Shown piece after piece: positions 19,749 through 29,610 of a stretch of 64,000 nt of DNA. Each line of letters starts with the position of its first letter. The first letter of the stretch is position 1. The position numbers and the translations under genes were made by a program. The notes beneath the pieces are model-generated. The model saw only the letters and a list, made by a program, of their open reading frames with translations. It was not told where the DNA came from and searched no databases. The stretch lies in contig CBFDDH010000001.1 of assembly GCA_965603515.1 (NCBI GenBank), positions 80,568-144,567 of the forward strand. The letters are read 5' to 3'. The DNA is from an uncultured bacterium (GTDB lineage: Bacteria; Hydrothermota; Tepidihabitantia; SM23-42).

Positions 19749-20376
19749 CAGTCCGGTCCCCTCTTCTTTTAACCTTCTGCATAATAAGTGGTTTGTTACC
19801 TTCTTCTTGAACCAATTCACAAAACACGAGATGCCCCGTTTCAAAAGACAGCATCGTTGTCACACGTGCATTCACGGTCTGATTTATATACTTCGCACTA
19901 TTGTCTACAACAATCTTCACGCCCTCTATATAACCAACACCCTCAGTGTTTTTTATACCCCGTTTCAAAATCCTGACCGAGATAAGCTTATTTGGTGTAA
20001 AAATGGGTGTGAGTAAGCGATAGAGATCCCGGATATCAAGAATCCTAACATTAGGAAACGTCTTTGCGTACCTTCGTATTTCATCTGATGTAGTAATGAC
20101 CTTAGCACGTCTTCGGCGCGCTTCCCGCAACACACAGTCTTCCTCAACTAACCCATCGCCCTTCACATCAACGAACTCAAGAGTTGAAGTTCTCTTCAAA
20201 ACCTTGATTGCTCGGTCTCCACGGGGCCCCATAAACCTCTTAACAATGGATCGCACCAACTTAGGGATTATTATCTTACCTTCAAAAATCCTCTTATCGA
20301 ACAAATGAATAACTCGTCCATCAATGATGCTTGATGAATCTAAAACAAATCTATTTTCGCGCTTAAAAAATACCAT
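19735..20376 (-). CDS. PIN/TRAM domain protein (YacL-like)
   Basis: 213 aa; N-terminal PIN-like region with acidic residues and C-terminal TRAM-like beta domain; classic position immediately downstream of radA. Confidence 0.6.
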   Translation of the reverse strand: MVFFKRENRFVLDSSSIIDGRVIHLFDKRIFEGKIIIPKLVRSIVKRFMGPRGDRAIKVLKRTSTLEFVDVKGDGLVEEDCVLREARRRRAKVITTSDEIRRYAKTFPNVRILDIRDLYRLLTPIFTPNKLISVRILKRGIKNTEGVGYIEGVKIVVDNSAKYINQTVNARVTTMLSFETGHLVFCELVQEEGNKPLIMQKVKRRGDRTDGIH

Positions 20377-20418
20377 GCTTCCTCCTGCTTATAAGCAGCC
20401 AAAACTTTTCTGAACCGA

Positions 20419-21759
20419 CTATTTCTTCAAAACCAGCCTTACCGCCTCTTTCACATCGGCAACACCAACAATCTTCATCTTCACGCTGTTTTGATGAGAA
20501 TTCTTTACCGGCACAATTGCCCTCTTGAAACCCATCTTCTCGGCTTCCTTAAGCCTGGGCAACACACCATAAACCGACCTCACCTCACCGCCCAGACCGA
20601 CTTCGCCAATGACAACGGTCTCTCTCTCGATCACCATATCTCTTACTGAAGAAGCGATTGCAAGAACAATCCCCAAATCATTCGATGTCTCAAGAACCTT
20701 TATACCTCCAACCGCATTAACAAAACAATCAAATCCGTAAACCCCTATGCCTGCACGACGCTCTAACACTGCAAGAAGCATTGAGAGTCTTTTGTAATCA
20801 ATGCCGGTCGCCACGCGCTGTGGGAAATTGTAAAATGTCGGACTGGTCAGTGCCTGGACCTCAACAAGTAGCGGTCTTGAACCCTCAATAACCGCTACGG
20901 TGACTGACCCTGAATAGATCGCATCGGACATAAAGAGATGCGAAGGGTTGATAACTTCCTTTATACCTGATGCAGTCATCTCAAAAATACCAATCTCATT
21001 AGTTGAACCAAAGCGGTTCTTGATCGCACGGATAATGCGGTACTGCTGGTTACTCTCACCTTCGAAGTACAAAACAGCATCAACCATGTGTTCAAGAGTT
21101 TTTGGTCCGGCAATAGCACCATATTTCGTGACATGGCCTATGAGGACAGTCGTCACATTCCTTTCTTTGGTAAACCTCATCAATGCACCACCGCACTCCC
21201 TGACTTGAGCAACACTACCTGGTGCAGAAGACAAACGAGACGTGTAGATCGTCTGGATCGAATCTATCACCATTAGGTCCGGTTCATAAGCACGCGCACT
21301 CTCAAGTATCGAATCGAGTTGCGTTGCCGTAAGTACACTGATACCATGAACATCCACTCCTAATCGTTCAGCCCTCATACGCACCTGATATGCGGATTCT
21401 TCTCCATTGACATAGAGTATCTTCTTACCCGTGCGTGACATCATACCAGATATTTGCAGCATCAAGGTTGATTTACCGATCCCTGGATCACCACCGAGCA
21501 AGACCAAAGAACCCTTGACAAAACCACCACCCAGCACACGGTCCAGCTCGCCTATTCCAAGCCCGGTCCGCGCTTCTTTGCTATAGGGTATTTCTGATAA
21601 AGGCAGTGGTTTAACTACTTCTGATTTCCTTGATGCTTGTCCGCCCTTTCTTTCAATGACTTCTTCAACCATTGTATTGTACTCTTCACAGGCCGGGCAT
21701 CGACCAAGCCATTTAGGCGCTGAGGCGCCGCAATTTTGACAAACAAATCTCGTTATCAT
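20419..21759 (-). CDS. radA: DNA repair protein RadA/Sms
   Basis: 446 aa; N-terminal C4 zinc finger CQNCG...CPAC, RecA-like Walker A GGDPGIGKST, KNRFG motif, Lon-like C-terminal domain. Confidence 0.9.
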   Translation of the reverse strand: MITRFVCQNCGASAPKWLGRCPACEEYNTMVEEVIERKGGQASRKSEVVKPLPLSEIPYSKEARTGLGIGELDRVLGGGFVKGSLVLLGGDPGIGKSTLMLQISGMMSRTGKKILYVNGEESAYQVRMRAERLGVDVHGISVLTATQLDSILESARAYEPDLMVIDSIQTIYTSRLSSAPGSVAQVRECGGALMRFTKERNVTTVLIGHVTKYGAIAGPKTLEHMVDAVLYFEGESNQQYRIIRAIKNRFGSTNEIGIFEMTASGIKEVINPSHLFMSDAIYSGSVTVAVIEGSRPLLVEVQALTSPTFYNFPQRVATGIDYKRLSMLLAVLERRAGIGVYGFDCFVNAVGGIKVLETSNDLGIVLAIASSVRDMVIERETVVIGEVGLGGEVRSVYGVLPRLKEAEKMGFKRAIVPVKNSHQNSVKMKIVGVADVKEAVRLVLKK

Positions 21760-22016
21760 AAGACTAAAATCATCAAATCACAAACGGCAAATAATCCCGA
21801 AAATCTACGATATGAAAATGAGACAAAATTTTCGAGGATGCTCGCTTCGCGCAACAAACAATCTCCAATGACCTAAACCACAAATAAGAAATAGAGAAGT
21901 TTTGATATTTAAATTTCAGCATTGTTTGGAATTTGGTGCTTGTGTTCTGCAATTTCCAGTACAGTATTCTTGATTTGCATGATGTGAATTCTCGAACTTT
22001 AGAACGATGCCTCCGT

Positions 22017-22769
22017 CTAGAATACCTTTATATTGATGTAACGATCAGGATTCTCCTTGATGTCTTCAACAAGACTTTTCAACGCCTGGTTGGTCTGCCT
22101 GACTTCTTCATAAAGCTCGTCTGACTTCATCAATTGGCCTATTGTTCCATCACCACTCAATAATGTGGTCAGGGAATCTAACCTTATAGCCAGGTGTTCG
22201 ATCTTTTCAGATGGACCTTTTATAGCTTCAGTTAGATTCTCGAGGCTTCGGTTCATGTCCCGAGTCAGTTTTGAAGCTATTTTGTTCAGATCAAAATCTC
22301 CCAGTTTGAAATTCTTTACAACAAGCATCAGACTATCAAGCTGGTTTCCCAATGCTTCGAGATCAAATCCGCCGGTTGAGCCATAATACACGCTTGCAGT
22401 CTTGTCAGATGAGCCTGGTTCGATTTTCACATAGCGATCCGCACCTAACATGCTAATCGATTTAATGGAAATCTTTGAGTCTTCCGGTATCATGATATTA
22501 CGGTCGATCGCAAGAATCGATTTAATCTCATCCTGGTCAATCTTCATATCCTTGACCTTCCCTTTTTCCATACCATAGACCATCACCGGATCACCAATCC
22601 TCAGCCCCACAACATCATCAAACATAACTACTAAATCATAGGTATTTCGTAAACCAAGCCTGCCGGAAAACCATGTGTACAAAACGACGAAGATGATTAC
22701 TCCAACAAAAATAAATATGCCGACAAAAGTCGCCTTCAACTCTTTAACCATTGTAAACTTCCTTTCCAA
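22017..22769 (-). CDS. MlaD-like MCE domain protein
   Basis: 250 aa; single N-terminal TM helix then MCE domain; in operon with ABC ATPase and permease. Confidence 0.6.
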   Translation of the reverse strand: MERKFTMVKELKATFVGIFIFVGVIIFVVLYTWFSGRLGLRNTYDLVVMFDDVVGLRIGDPVMVYGMEKGKVKDMKIDQDEIKSILAIDRNIMIPEDSKISIKSISMLGADRYVKIEPGSSDKTASVYYGSTGGFDLEALGNQLDSLMLVVKNFKLGDFDLNKIASKLTRDMNRSLENLTEAIKGPSEKIEHLAIRLDSLTTLLSGDGTIGQLMKSDELYEEVRQTNQALKSLVEDIKENPDRYINIKVF

Positions 22770-23433
22770 TCTTTTCCAGTTTGTTTATCTTACCTTTCTT
22801 CAGTAGATATATATCGTCACCTACTTTTTCTGCAGTATCGAGGTCATGAGTAACGACAATACCGATCTTTCTGTAATTCTTTTTTAGATCAATGATAAGC
22901 CGCACGATCCGGTCTCTCATAATTGGATCAAGACCGGTAGTCGGCTCATCATAGAATAAATGCTTCGGATCTAAAGCAAGTGCCCGACCAACTGCAACTA
23001 AACGCTTCATACCCCCAGAAAGCGAACGCGGATAAAGCCTTTCCTTACCGACCATACCGATTATTTCTAAAATCTCTTGGACTTTGTCCCTGACTTGTCG
23101 GTTCGACAACGTGGTGTGTTCCACAAGCGGCAAAGCGATATTCTCACAAACGTTCATCGAATCAAACAACGCAGTACTCTGAAACACAAAACCAACCTGT
23201 CTTCGTATGTCGTATATCTCACTTCCTTTGGCCGACTGAACAGGCTTACCATCAAACAACACTTCACCGCTATCGACCGGCACTATTCCAAGTATCGACT
23301 TAAGGAGAACCGTCTTGCCCGTACCTGATGGTCCAAGGATAACAACCAGATGTGCTTCAGTCACGTTGAAACTGACGTTATCCAGAACAACAAGGTCGTC
23401 AAACATTTTTGATAAGTTCTTGACTTCAATCAT
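22744..23433 (-). CDS. ABC transporter ATP-binding protein (MlaF-like)
   Basis: 229 aa; Walker A GPSGTGKT, signature LSGGMKRLV, Walker B. Confidence 0.7.
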   Translation of the reverse strand: MIEVKNLSKMFDDLVVLDNVSFNVTEAHLVVILGPSGTGKTVLLKSILGIVPVDSGEVLFDGKPVQSAKGSEIYDIRRQVGFVFQSTALFDSMNVCENIALPLVEHTTLSNRQVRDKVQEILEIIGMVGKERLYPRSLSGGMKRLVAVGRALALDPKHLFYDEPTTGLDPIMRDRIVRLIIDLKKNYRKIGIVVTHDLDTAEKVGDDIYLLKKGKINKLEKIGKEVYNG

Positions 23434-24167
23434 CCAAAGATCACCACCGCAACCAAAAAATCCAAAACAAGAATGAGAATCGAGGAACTAACAACCGCAT
23501 ATGTTGCCGCCCTGCCGACTTCTTTAGCGCCGCCTTTAACAAGAAACCCAAAATAACAACCGGACGCACCAATTACGATCGAGAAGAATAGCGACTTGAC
23601 TAGTCCTCCGAGAAAATCACGCATAGAGAAAAAGTGAATAATACCATAGCTGAACACACTGAACGGTATGTTCAGGAAATAATGTGCATACACTGCACCA
23701 AATGCTAGAGCCACAAATTCGGCAAAAATCGTAAGGACTGGTAAGGAAATGAATGTACCGACAATGCGCGGAAGACTGAGGAAACGGTAAGGATCAATGG
23801 CCATGATCTCCAGGGCATCGATCTGTTCAGTAACCCGCATCGTGCCGATCTCTGCAGCCATGGAAGACGCACAACGACCACTTACCATTAACGCAGTCAG
23901 GATCGGACCGAGTTCTATCAAAACCATCCTGCCAACCGTAGTACCGATAATATAGCGCGGCACTGTACCGATCATCTGATAGGTCGCTTGAACTGTGGAA
24001 ACTAAGCCGGTAAACGCAGCGATAATAATTATAATCGGCAGAGAACCTATCCCGATATTATAGACTTGTTCCAGTATCCTGTCTTTGCTCGTGCGGAACT
24101 TCCAAGGGATAAAAAGACTCCTGAAGAAAAATGCCGCGAAATCACCGATCAGACTAAAAAGATTCAT
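23430..24167 (-). CDS. ABC transporter permease (MlaE-like)
   Basis: 245 aa; 5-6 TM helices, MlaE/YrbE family arrangement. Confidence 0.7.
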   Translation of the reverse strand: MNLFSLIGDFAAFFFRSLFIPWKFRTSKDRILEQVYNIGIGSLPIIIIIAAFTGLVSTVQATYQMIGTVPRYIIGTTVGRMVLIELGPILTALMVSGRCASSMAAEIGTMRVTEQIDALEIMAIDPYRFLSLPRIVGTFISLPVLTIFAEFVALAFGAVYAHYFLNIPFSVFSYGIIHFFSMRDFLGGLVKSLFFSIVIGASGCYFGFLVKGGAKEVGRAATYAVVSSSILILVLDFLVAVVIFG

Positions 24168-25518
24168 CTTCTACTTCTTCCATAGCCATTTCTTCACGGG
24201 ATGTTAGAGGAGCAAATAATGTGAAATCACCCTGAAACCCCAGTTCCAGTATGCCGGTTGGGCCATTACGTTGTTTTGATAAAAGCAGTTCAGCAATACC
24301 TTTTTTATCACTCTGTCTGTCATAAACCTCTTCGCGGTAGATGAAGAGTACGACATCTGCATCCTGTTCGATCGCTCCGCTCTCTCTTAAATCAGATAAT
24401 AATGGTCGACGATCCTTACGCTGCTCAGGCATACGCGATAACTGTGATACGATAAGCAAGGGTATATTCAACTCTTTTGCCAATCCTTTCACCGCCCTCG
24501 ATATTTCCGATATTTCCTGGGTCCGCGACATTGAACGAAATGTTTGTGGTCCGGTCAAAAGCTGCATATAATCGACTATCAGCATTCCTATATCATTCTC
24601 CGCCTTTAACCGCCGCGCTTTTGCCTTCAGCTCATAGATTGACATAGTCGCTGAATCATCGATGTAGATCGGTGCCTTATCAAGGTTACCAGCCGCAGTA
24701 GCGAGATTGACCCAATCTACATCACGCAACATACCATGCCTTAAGTTCCTCAAACTCACTTTTGCCTCACTGCAAAGAAGTCTCTGGACTAATGCTTCAC
24801 CCGACATTTCTAAAGAAAATATGCCGACTGAAACATTATTCTCAATCGCTGCATAAGCAGCAATATTCAAAGCGAGGGCGGTCTTTCCCATTGATGGTCT
24901 GCCGGCGATAACGACGAAATCGCCTTTTTGAAAACCCGAGGTCATTTCATCGAGTTTGTAATAACCGGTTTCAACACCTGTTATCAGACGCTCCCCGCGC
25001 ATTGCCTCTGCAGCTTCCAATATCCCAGTAATATAGCCTCGGATATGAACCGGCTCTTTTCTCAAACCACTTTCTTTTATTTGAAAAACAGCATTCTGGG
25101 CGTAGTCAACAAGTTCTGCAGCTGCTTGACTATCCTCAAAGCTATTCTTTAAGAGTTCCATCGAAGTTTGTATAATATTACGTTTGATCGCCTTATCTAA
25201 AATCACCCTGGCATGATGTTCAACATTGGCAGTGGTCAGTACATTAGCAACAAGGTTCGATAAATACTCGGGTCCGCCAATATCGTCGAGTATCTTGTTC
25301 TGTTTGAGCCAGTTTGTAACAGTCACCAAATCAGCCGCAACATTCTCACCAAAGAGGTAGAGGATTGCCCGATAGATCTTTTGGTTAACCGGAGAATAGA
25401 AATTGCCTTCATTAAGAATCTCCATAACCTTAGGCAATGCTTGAGCATCAAGCAACATTGCACCAAGCACAGCCTCTTCAGCTTCTGATGAATGTGGGGG
25501 TACGCGCTCTTCTACCAC
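24154..25518 (-). CDS. dnaB: replicative DNA helicase
   Basis: 454 aa; DnaB N-terminal domain plus RecA-like domain with Walker A GRPSMGKT; GTG start. Confidence 0.9.
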   Translation of the reverse strand: MVEERVPPHSSEAEEAVLGAMLLDAQALPKVMEILNEGNFYSPVNQKIYRAILYLFGENVAADLVTVTNWLKQNKILDDIGGPEYLSNLVANVLTTANVEHHARVILDKAIKRNIIQTSMELLKNSFEDSQAAAELVDYAQNAVFQIKESGLRKEPVHIRGYITGILEAAEAMRGERLITGVETGYYKLDEMTSGFQKGDFVVIAGRPSMGKTALALNIAAYAAIENNVSVGIFSLEMSGEALVQRLLCSEAKVSLRNLRHGMLRDVDWVNLATAAGNLDKAPIYIDDSATMSIYELKAKARRLKAENDIGMLIVDYMQLLTGPQTFRSMSRTQEISEISRAVKGLAKELNIPLLIVSQLSRMPEQRKDRRPLLSDLRESGAIEQDADVVLFIYREEVYDRQSDKKGIAELLLSKQRNGPTGILELGFQGDFTLFAPLTSREEMAMEEVEDESF

Positions 25519-25527
25519 GGTTTATGT

Positions 25528-26712
25528 TTATTTGTACTTGCGCTTTTTGCGACGCTTGCCAAGTGCTTTAATGCACTCGTCAAGAATCCTATTGGCGAGC
25601 TGCCATTTCGTAACTTTGCCAAACGAAATAACCTTACCATCTTTCTTGAGTATTTTTGCATGGGTGGTCTCACTGGCCATTGCAGAATAGCTGTTCAGAA
25701 TTATCATATCACATTTCTTTGATGTCAACTTTTTCTTACCTCTGGCAAGAAGCAGGCTGTCTTCAAGCGAAAAACCTACGACCAGCGGAGACGATTTTAC
25801 TCGGATCAGTTTCTTTAGCAAATCCTGGTTCTTCTCCAGATTAAGACTGAATGCTCTATCATGGATCTTTTTTGTCTTCTTTTTCTCTGGTCGATAGTCA
25901 CCAACTGCAGCAGCCATTATCAAACAATCGCACCAGCTCAAATTTGCTTTCAGACCTTCCAGCATCTCACCCGAAGTTCGGGTATAGGTGATATCCATAT
26001 CCTCCGGAAAATCGACAGTCACATCACCTATTACGCCCTTCACAATACCGCCGCGACAGGTAATGGCATAGAGAAATTCTCTTGCCATACGACCGGACGA
26101 ACGATTCGTTATCACGCGAACCGGGTCAATGTCCTCTTCAGTACGACCACCTGATACGAGAAATTTCAGCTGATCAAGAGATTTATGTTTCTCGTGAAGC
26201 ACGAGGATTTTCTTCTGGATAGTTGAAACAGACGGAAAACGCCCTTTACCGATTTTTCCTGAAGCCAAAGCACCGCAGCTTGGTTCTAGAATATGAAAAC
26301 CGGCTTGGCGCAATTTGCTCACATTTTCCCGTACAATCTCGTTTGCCCACATGTCACTGTCCATAGCTGGAACAAACAAGACAGGTTTTTGGAAAGAAAG
26401 CAACGTGGTTGAAAGTAAATCATCACCAACACCGCACGCTGCTTTACCGATAATGTTTGCGGTAGCCGGAGCAACGACCAGCACATCAGCCCATGCTGAT
26501 AAAGTTAGATGTTTCATGCCTTTGGTTAACAGAAACTGATCAATGTACACTTCATTTGCTGATAACGTCTGGCAGCTCAGTGGTGTGACAAAGTGGCTTG
26601 CCGATTTGGTAAGCACCACTCTAACTTCAGCACCACTTTTTCTCAACAGTCTTATGAGCTCTAATGATTTATACGCGGCAATAGAACCGGTTATACCCAG
26701 GGCAATATTCAA
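25528..26712 (-). CDS. coaBC: bifunctional phosphopantothenoylcysteine decarboxylase/phosphopantothenate-cysteine ligase
   Basis: 394 aa; N-terminal flavoprotein domain GITGSIAAYK, C-terminal CoaB ligase domain. Confidence 0.85.
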   Translation of the reverse strand: MNIALGITGSIAAYKSLELIRLLRKSGAEVRVVLTKSASHFVTPLSCQTLSANEVYIDQFLLTKGMKHLTLSAWADVLVVAPATANIIGKAACGVGDDLLSTTLLSFQKPVLFVPAMDSDMWANEIVRENVSKLRQAGFHILEPSCGALASGKIGKGRFPSVSTIQKKILVLHEKHKSLDQLKFLVSGGRTEEDIDPVRVITNRSSGRMAREFLYAITCRGGIVKGVIGDVTVDFPEDMDITYTRTSGEMLEGLKANLSWCDCLIMAAAVGDYRPEKKKTKKIHDRAFSLNLEKNQDLLKKLIRVKSSPLVVGFSLEDSLLLARGKKKLTSKKCDMIILNSYSAMASETTHAKILKKDGKVISFGKVTKWQLANRILDECIKALGKRRKKRKYK

Positions 26713-26897
26713 TCCTGATACCTTATCTTACCAGCGATCAGTTTTCTGATCGCTTCAAAGACCGGATTAATGTGTCCTTCTAAAAGACCCTTTACTTGAT
26801 CGTCTTTCAATTTCCTTGCTTCTAAGGATGCCACGTTAATCGCTTTGTATTTGTTCTCAAACCTTTTATATATTTTTTCAGTCGGTATGATCATCAA
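26709..26897 (-). CDS. rpoZ: DNA-directed RNA polymerase subunit omega
   Basis: 62 aa; NKY...V..ARRA-like core (FENKYKAINVASLEARKLK), canonical position upstream of coaBC. Confidence 0.6.
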   Translation of the reverse strand: MMIIPTEKIYKRFENKYKAINVASLEARKLKDDQVKGLLEGHINPVFEAIRKLIAGKIRYQD

Positions 26898-27039
26898 ACC
26901 TCCTATTTCATTCTATACGCATACAGCTGCATGTCAACAATGATAGACGTCTCATGGACGGCGATATGGATATTGCTCTGTTCTTGCTGTCTGTTGATAG
27001 CCTTTTCATACGATCTTAACGCCATTACAGACCCTCTTG

Positions 27040-27570
27040 TCAGTATTCTATCCCTTTACGCGCGGACGCACCACCGCTAAAATGATGTTTCACTTCCTTG
27101 ATATCACTTATCAGATCTGCGTACTCAGCAAACTCTTCGGGCATGTAACGGCCAGTAAGAACGAGCTCTTTTTTCCGATGTTTGCCTTTCATCAGATCAA
27201 TAACCTCTTGGACCCCAATAAGCCCAAAGGCAACAGCCACATTGATTTCATCCAGAATAACAATATCAAATCCCTTCTTTCTCATAACCTCCTTAGCACG
27301 CGTAAATGCTTGACGCGCTAAACGAATATCTTCCTCAGAAGGATTTTCTGGATTCACAAAATCCGGGCGGCCGTATTGTTCGATAACCAGGTTGGGTAGG
27401 TATTTTGCTGCCTCAAGTTCGCCGTAGTTTATCTTGCCTTTCATGAATTGAATCATTATTACCTTTAGACCGTGTCCGACCGCCCTTAGCGCCAAACCCA
27501 AAGCTGCAGTTGTTTTACCCTTACCGTTACCTGTATATATCTGTATCATTCTTTCTTTCTCAGATGACAC
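27040..27570 (-). CDS. cob(I)yrinic acid a,c-diamide adenosyltransferase (CobO/BtuR family)
   Basis: 176 aa; P-loop GNGKGKTTAALG, conserved MIQFMKG region. Confidence 0.75.
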   Translation of the reverse strand: MSSEKERMIQIYTGNGKGKTTAALGLALRAVGHGLKVIMIQFMKGKINYGELEAAKYLPNLVIEQYGRPDFVNPENPSEEDIRLARQAFTRAKEVMRKKGFDIVILDEINVAVAFGLIGVQEVIDLMKGKHRKKELVLTGRYMPEEFAEYADLISDIKEVKHHFSGGASARKGIEY

Positions 27571-28256
27571 ACACCGGCAACCACTTTTTCAATCTTACCA
27601 TCTAAACACATGATTATTAAAGCACCATCCCTACTGATATCAAGGACTTTACCCTCTAGTTTTTTGTCCGGCAATTCAATAATAACTTGCTGACCAAGCA
27701 AGATTGTGTAGTGACGCCATTCGGTCAATAAATCAGCTGCTTTGTTTTGCTTCAACATCATATAGCAATCATCCAATTGCCTGCACAGTGTATTGAAAAC
27801 CATCTTCTTTTCGAGATGCTTCTTTGTCTCAAGAAACACGGAACTCGCAGTAGTTTTAAGTTCTTTCGGAAACTCGCGTATGTTCAGGTTGAGCCCGATA
27901 CCAAGGATCACTGCTTTATCAACCATTTCAGTTAGAACCCCACCAATCTTTTTTCCATTAAGCATGATGTCATTGGGCCATTTAATGCCTGGAAGTATGC
28001 TATTCATATGTAAGGTTTTGCAAACCGCTATACCGGCAATGAGAGAGATCAATGAAGGATCAAGGGGATGCAGGATGACTGACATCCAAATACCACCCTC
28101 AGGTGAGTACCACTGTTTACAAAATCTTCCACGACCCTCAGTCTGCTCATCAACCAGAACCACTGCTCCTTCTGGTGCGTCTTTTACGAGCGTTTTTGCA
28201 TGCTCGTTCGTGGACTCAATTGAATCAAAGTAATATAGTTTGTTTCCGATAATCAT
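27546..28256 (-). CDS. birA: biotin--[acetyl-CoA-carboxylase] ligase (group I, no HTH)
   Basis: 236 aa; GRGRRGR-type motif (QTEGRGRFCKQW), KWPND motif, C-terminal SH3-like domain. Confidence 0.75.
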   Translation of the reverse strand: MIIGNKLYYFDSIESTNEHAKTLVKDAPEGAVVLVDEQTEGRGRFCKQWYSPEGGIWMSVILHPLDPSLISLIAGIAVCKTLHMNSILPGIKWPNDIMLNGKKIGGVLTEMVDKAVILGIGLNLNIREFPKELKTTASSVFLETKKHLEKKMVFNTLCRQLDDCYMMLKQNKAADLLTEWRHYTILLGQQVIIELPDKKLEGKVLDISRDGALIIMCLDGKIEKVVAGVCHLRKKE

Positions 28257-28274
28257 AAATGGGACAGGTTACTT

Positions 28275-29519
28275 TTATGTTTTTCTGAAGATCATTGCTA
28301 CGACAGTTTTATCATTACCACCCATGCTCGATAACATGCCATAAGGTCGACTCGCATCAATCTTGACCTGATAGCCATCTGCTTTATCGACAAGCTGGTT
28401 GACTACGTCAACTGCTTGCCGGACACCGGTTGCTCCTGTAGGATGACCATAACCAATAAGACCGCCAGTTGTATTTGTGGGTATTGCACCGGTCAACTTG
28501 GTTTGCCCATCCTTCACAAAATCAGCACCTGCACCGTAGTCGGCAAACCCCGCTGCTTCTATAGCCAAAAGGCCCGCAATAGTGAAACAATCATGGACCT
28601 CGAGCACACTCAAATCAACAGGTTTGATACCGGCACGCTCATAGGCACGTTTGGCCGCTACTCCGCACGTCGTTAATTTAGCAAAGTCAGGCGGCGGGGT
28701 TGTCAAATTATCCTGAACCTGTGCATAGGAAATAACTTCAGCAGCATCTTTTCGGTCAACCCCAATCTTCTTCAAACCTTCTTCCGAAGCAAAGATCATT
28801 GATGAACCGCCATCAGAAACCTTTGAGCAATCAAAAACATTGATGTATTCGCAAAAGACTTTGGGATTAGGAGGCGTCATACCGGTAGCAAAGAGCTCCG
28901 AGTTCTTATTGTGAAACTCTTGTGCGTGGGGGTATTTCCTTGCATTTTCGATTGCATTAACATACCATTGTGCCATGCCGACCCGTACTTTCTCCTTGCC
29001 GAATTTTTCAAAACAAGCACCAGCACGCTGTGAAAACTGATCGGGAAAGAAATAGGCGTGGCCATTCTTCCTTTCTCCAGAAAACCAGCCAGCAGCAGCA
29101 AGAAAATCAGCACCATATATCGCCTTAACTGAATTCTGTACCTCAACGCCCAGACAAAGAACAACATCCGCAAGGTCAGCAAGGATCGTTTTCACCGAAA
29201 CAACCAAAGCCAACCCACCTGAATCGCAGGCACCTTCGACACGAATGCAAGGTTTATATTGGAAGGTTGAGTGGACCATTGGAAAAAATCCGCCAAGGTT
29301 ACCTTGTTTACAGAACCTTGCAGCAATGAAGTTCCCGATAACACCTTCATCTATTGCTTCGGGGTTCTGTATCTGGTTAATGGTTCCGAGCCCTGCTTCT
29401 TTAATATAATGTTCAATCCCTGGACGCGGTTTCTTGGGATGGAATTCCTTTCTACCACTACCCAATGATATAGTGTTAAACCCCGCGCAGGCGTAGATTT
29501 TTTTCCTGAAAAACGACAT
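28275..29519 (-). CDS. thiolase family protein (SCP-x/lipid-transfer-type acetyl-CoA acetyltransferase)
   Basis: 414 aa; thiolase-fold with catalytic Cys region and C-terminal GYGHPTGATG motif. Confidence 0.65.
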   Translation of the reverse strand: MSFFRKKIYACAGFNTISLGSGRKEFHPKKPRPGIEHYIKEAGLGTINQIQNPEAIDEGVIGNFIAARFCKQGNLGGFFPMVHSTFQYKPCIRVEGACDSGGLALVVSVKTILADLADVVLCLGVEVQNSVKAIYGADFLAAAGWFSGERKNGHAYFFPDQFSQRAGACFEKFGKEKVRVGMAQWYVNAIENARKYPHAQEFHNKNSELFATGMTPPNPKVFCEYINVFDCSKVSDGGSSMIFASEEGLKKIGVDRKDAAEVISYAQVQDNLTTPPPDFAKLTTCGVAAKRAYERAGIKPVDLSVLEVHDCFTIAGLLAIEAAGFADYGAGADFVKDGQTKLTGAIPTNTTGGLIGYGHPTGATGVRQAVDVVNQLVDKADGYQVKIDASRPYGMLSSMGGNDKTVVAMIFRKT

Positions 29520-29537
29520 AGCAACTCCTTTTCAAAA

Positions 29538-29610
29538 TGGTCATTGGGTTAGGTTAGGAAGCTAGAAAAGAATCCAGCATCCACACCCAAACCCATTTTC
29601 CATATTCTAT
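29538..29610. repeat. family 1 element copy B
   Basis: tggtcattgggttaggttaggaagctag...atccagcatccacacccaaacccattttccatattctat; fills spacer between HADH stop and thiolase start. Confidence 0.7.

Noticed and set aside
19965-20147. Small ORFs inside the yacL/radA region on either strand
   Set aside because: All lie inside longer, motif-supported genes.
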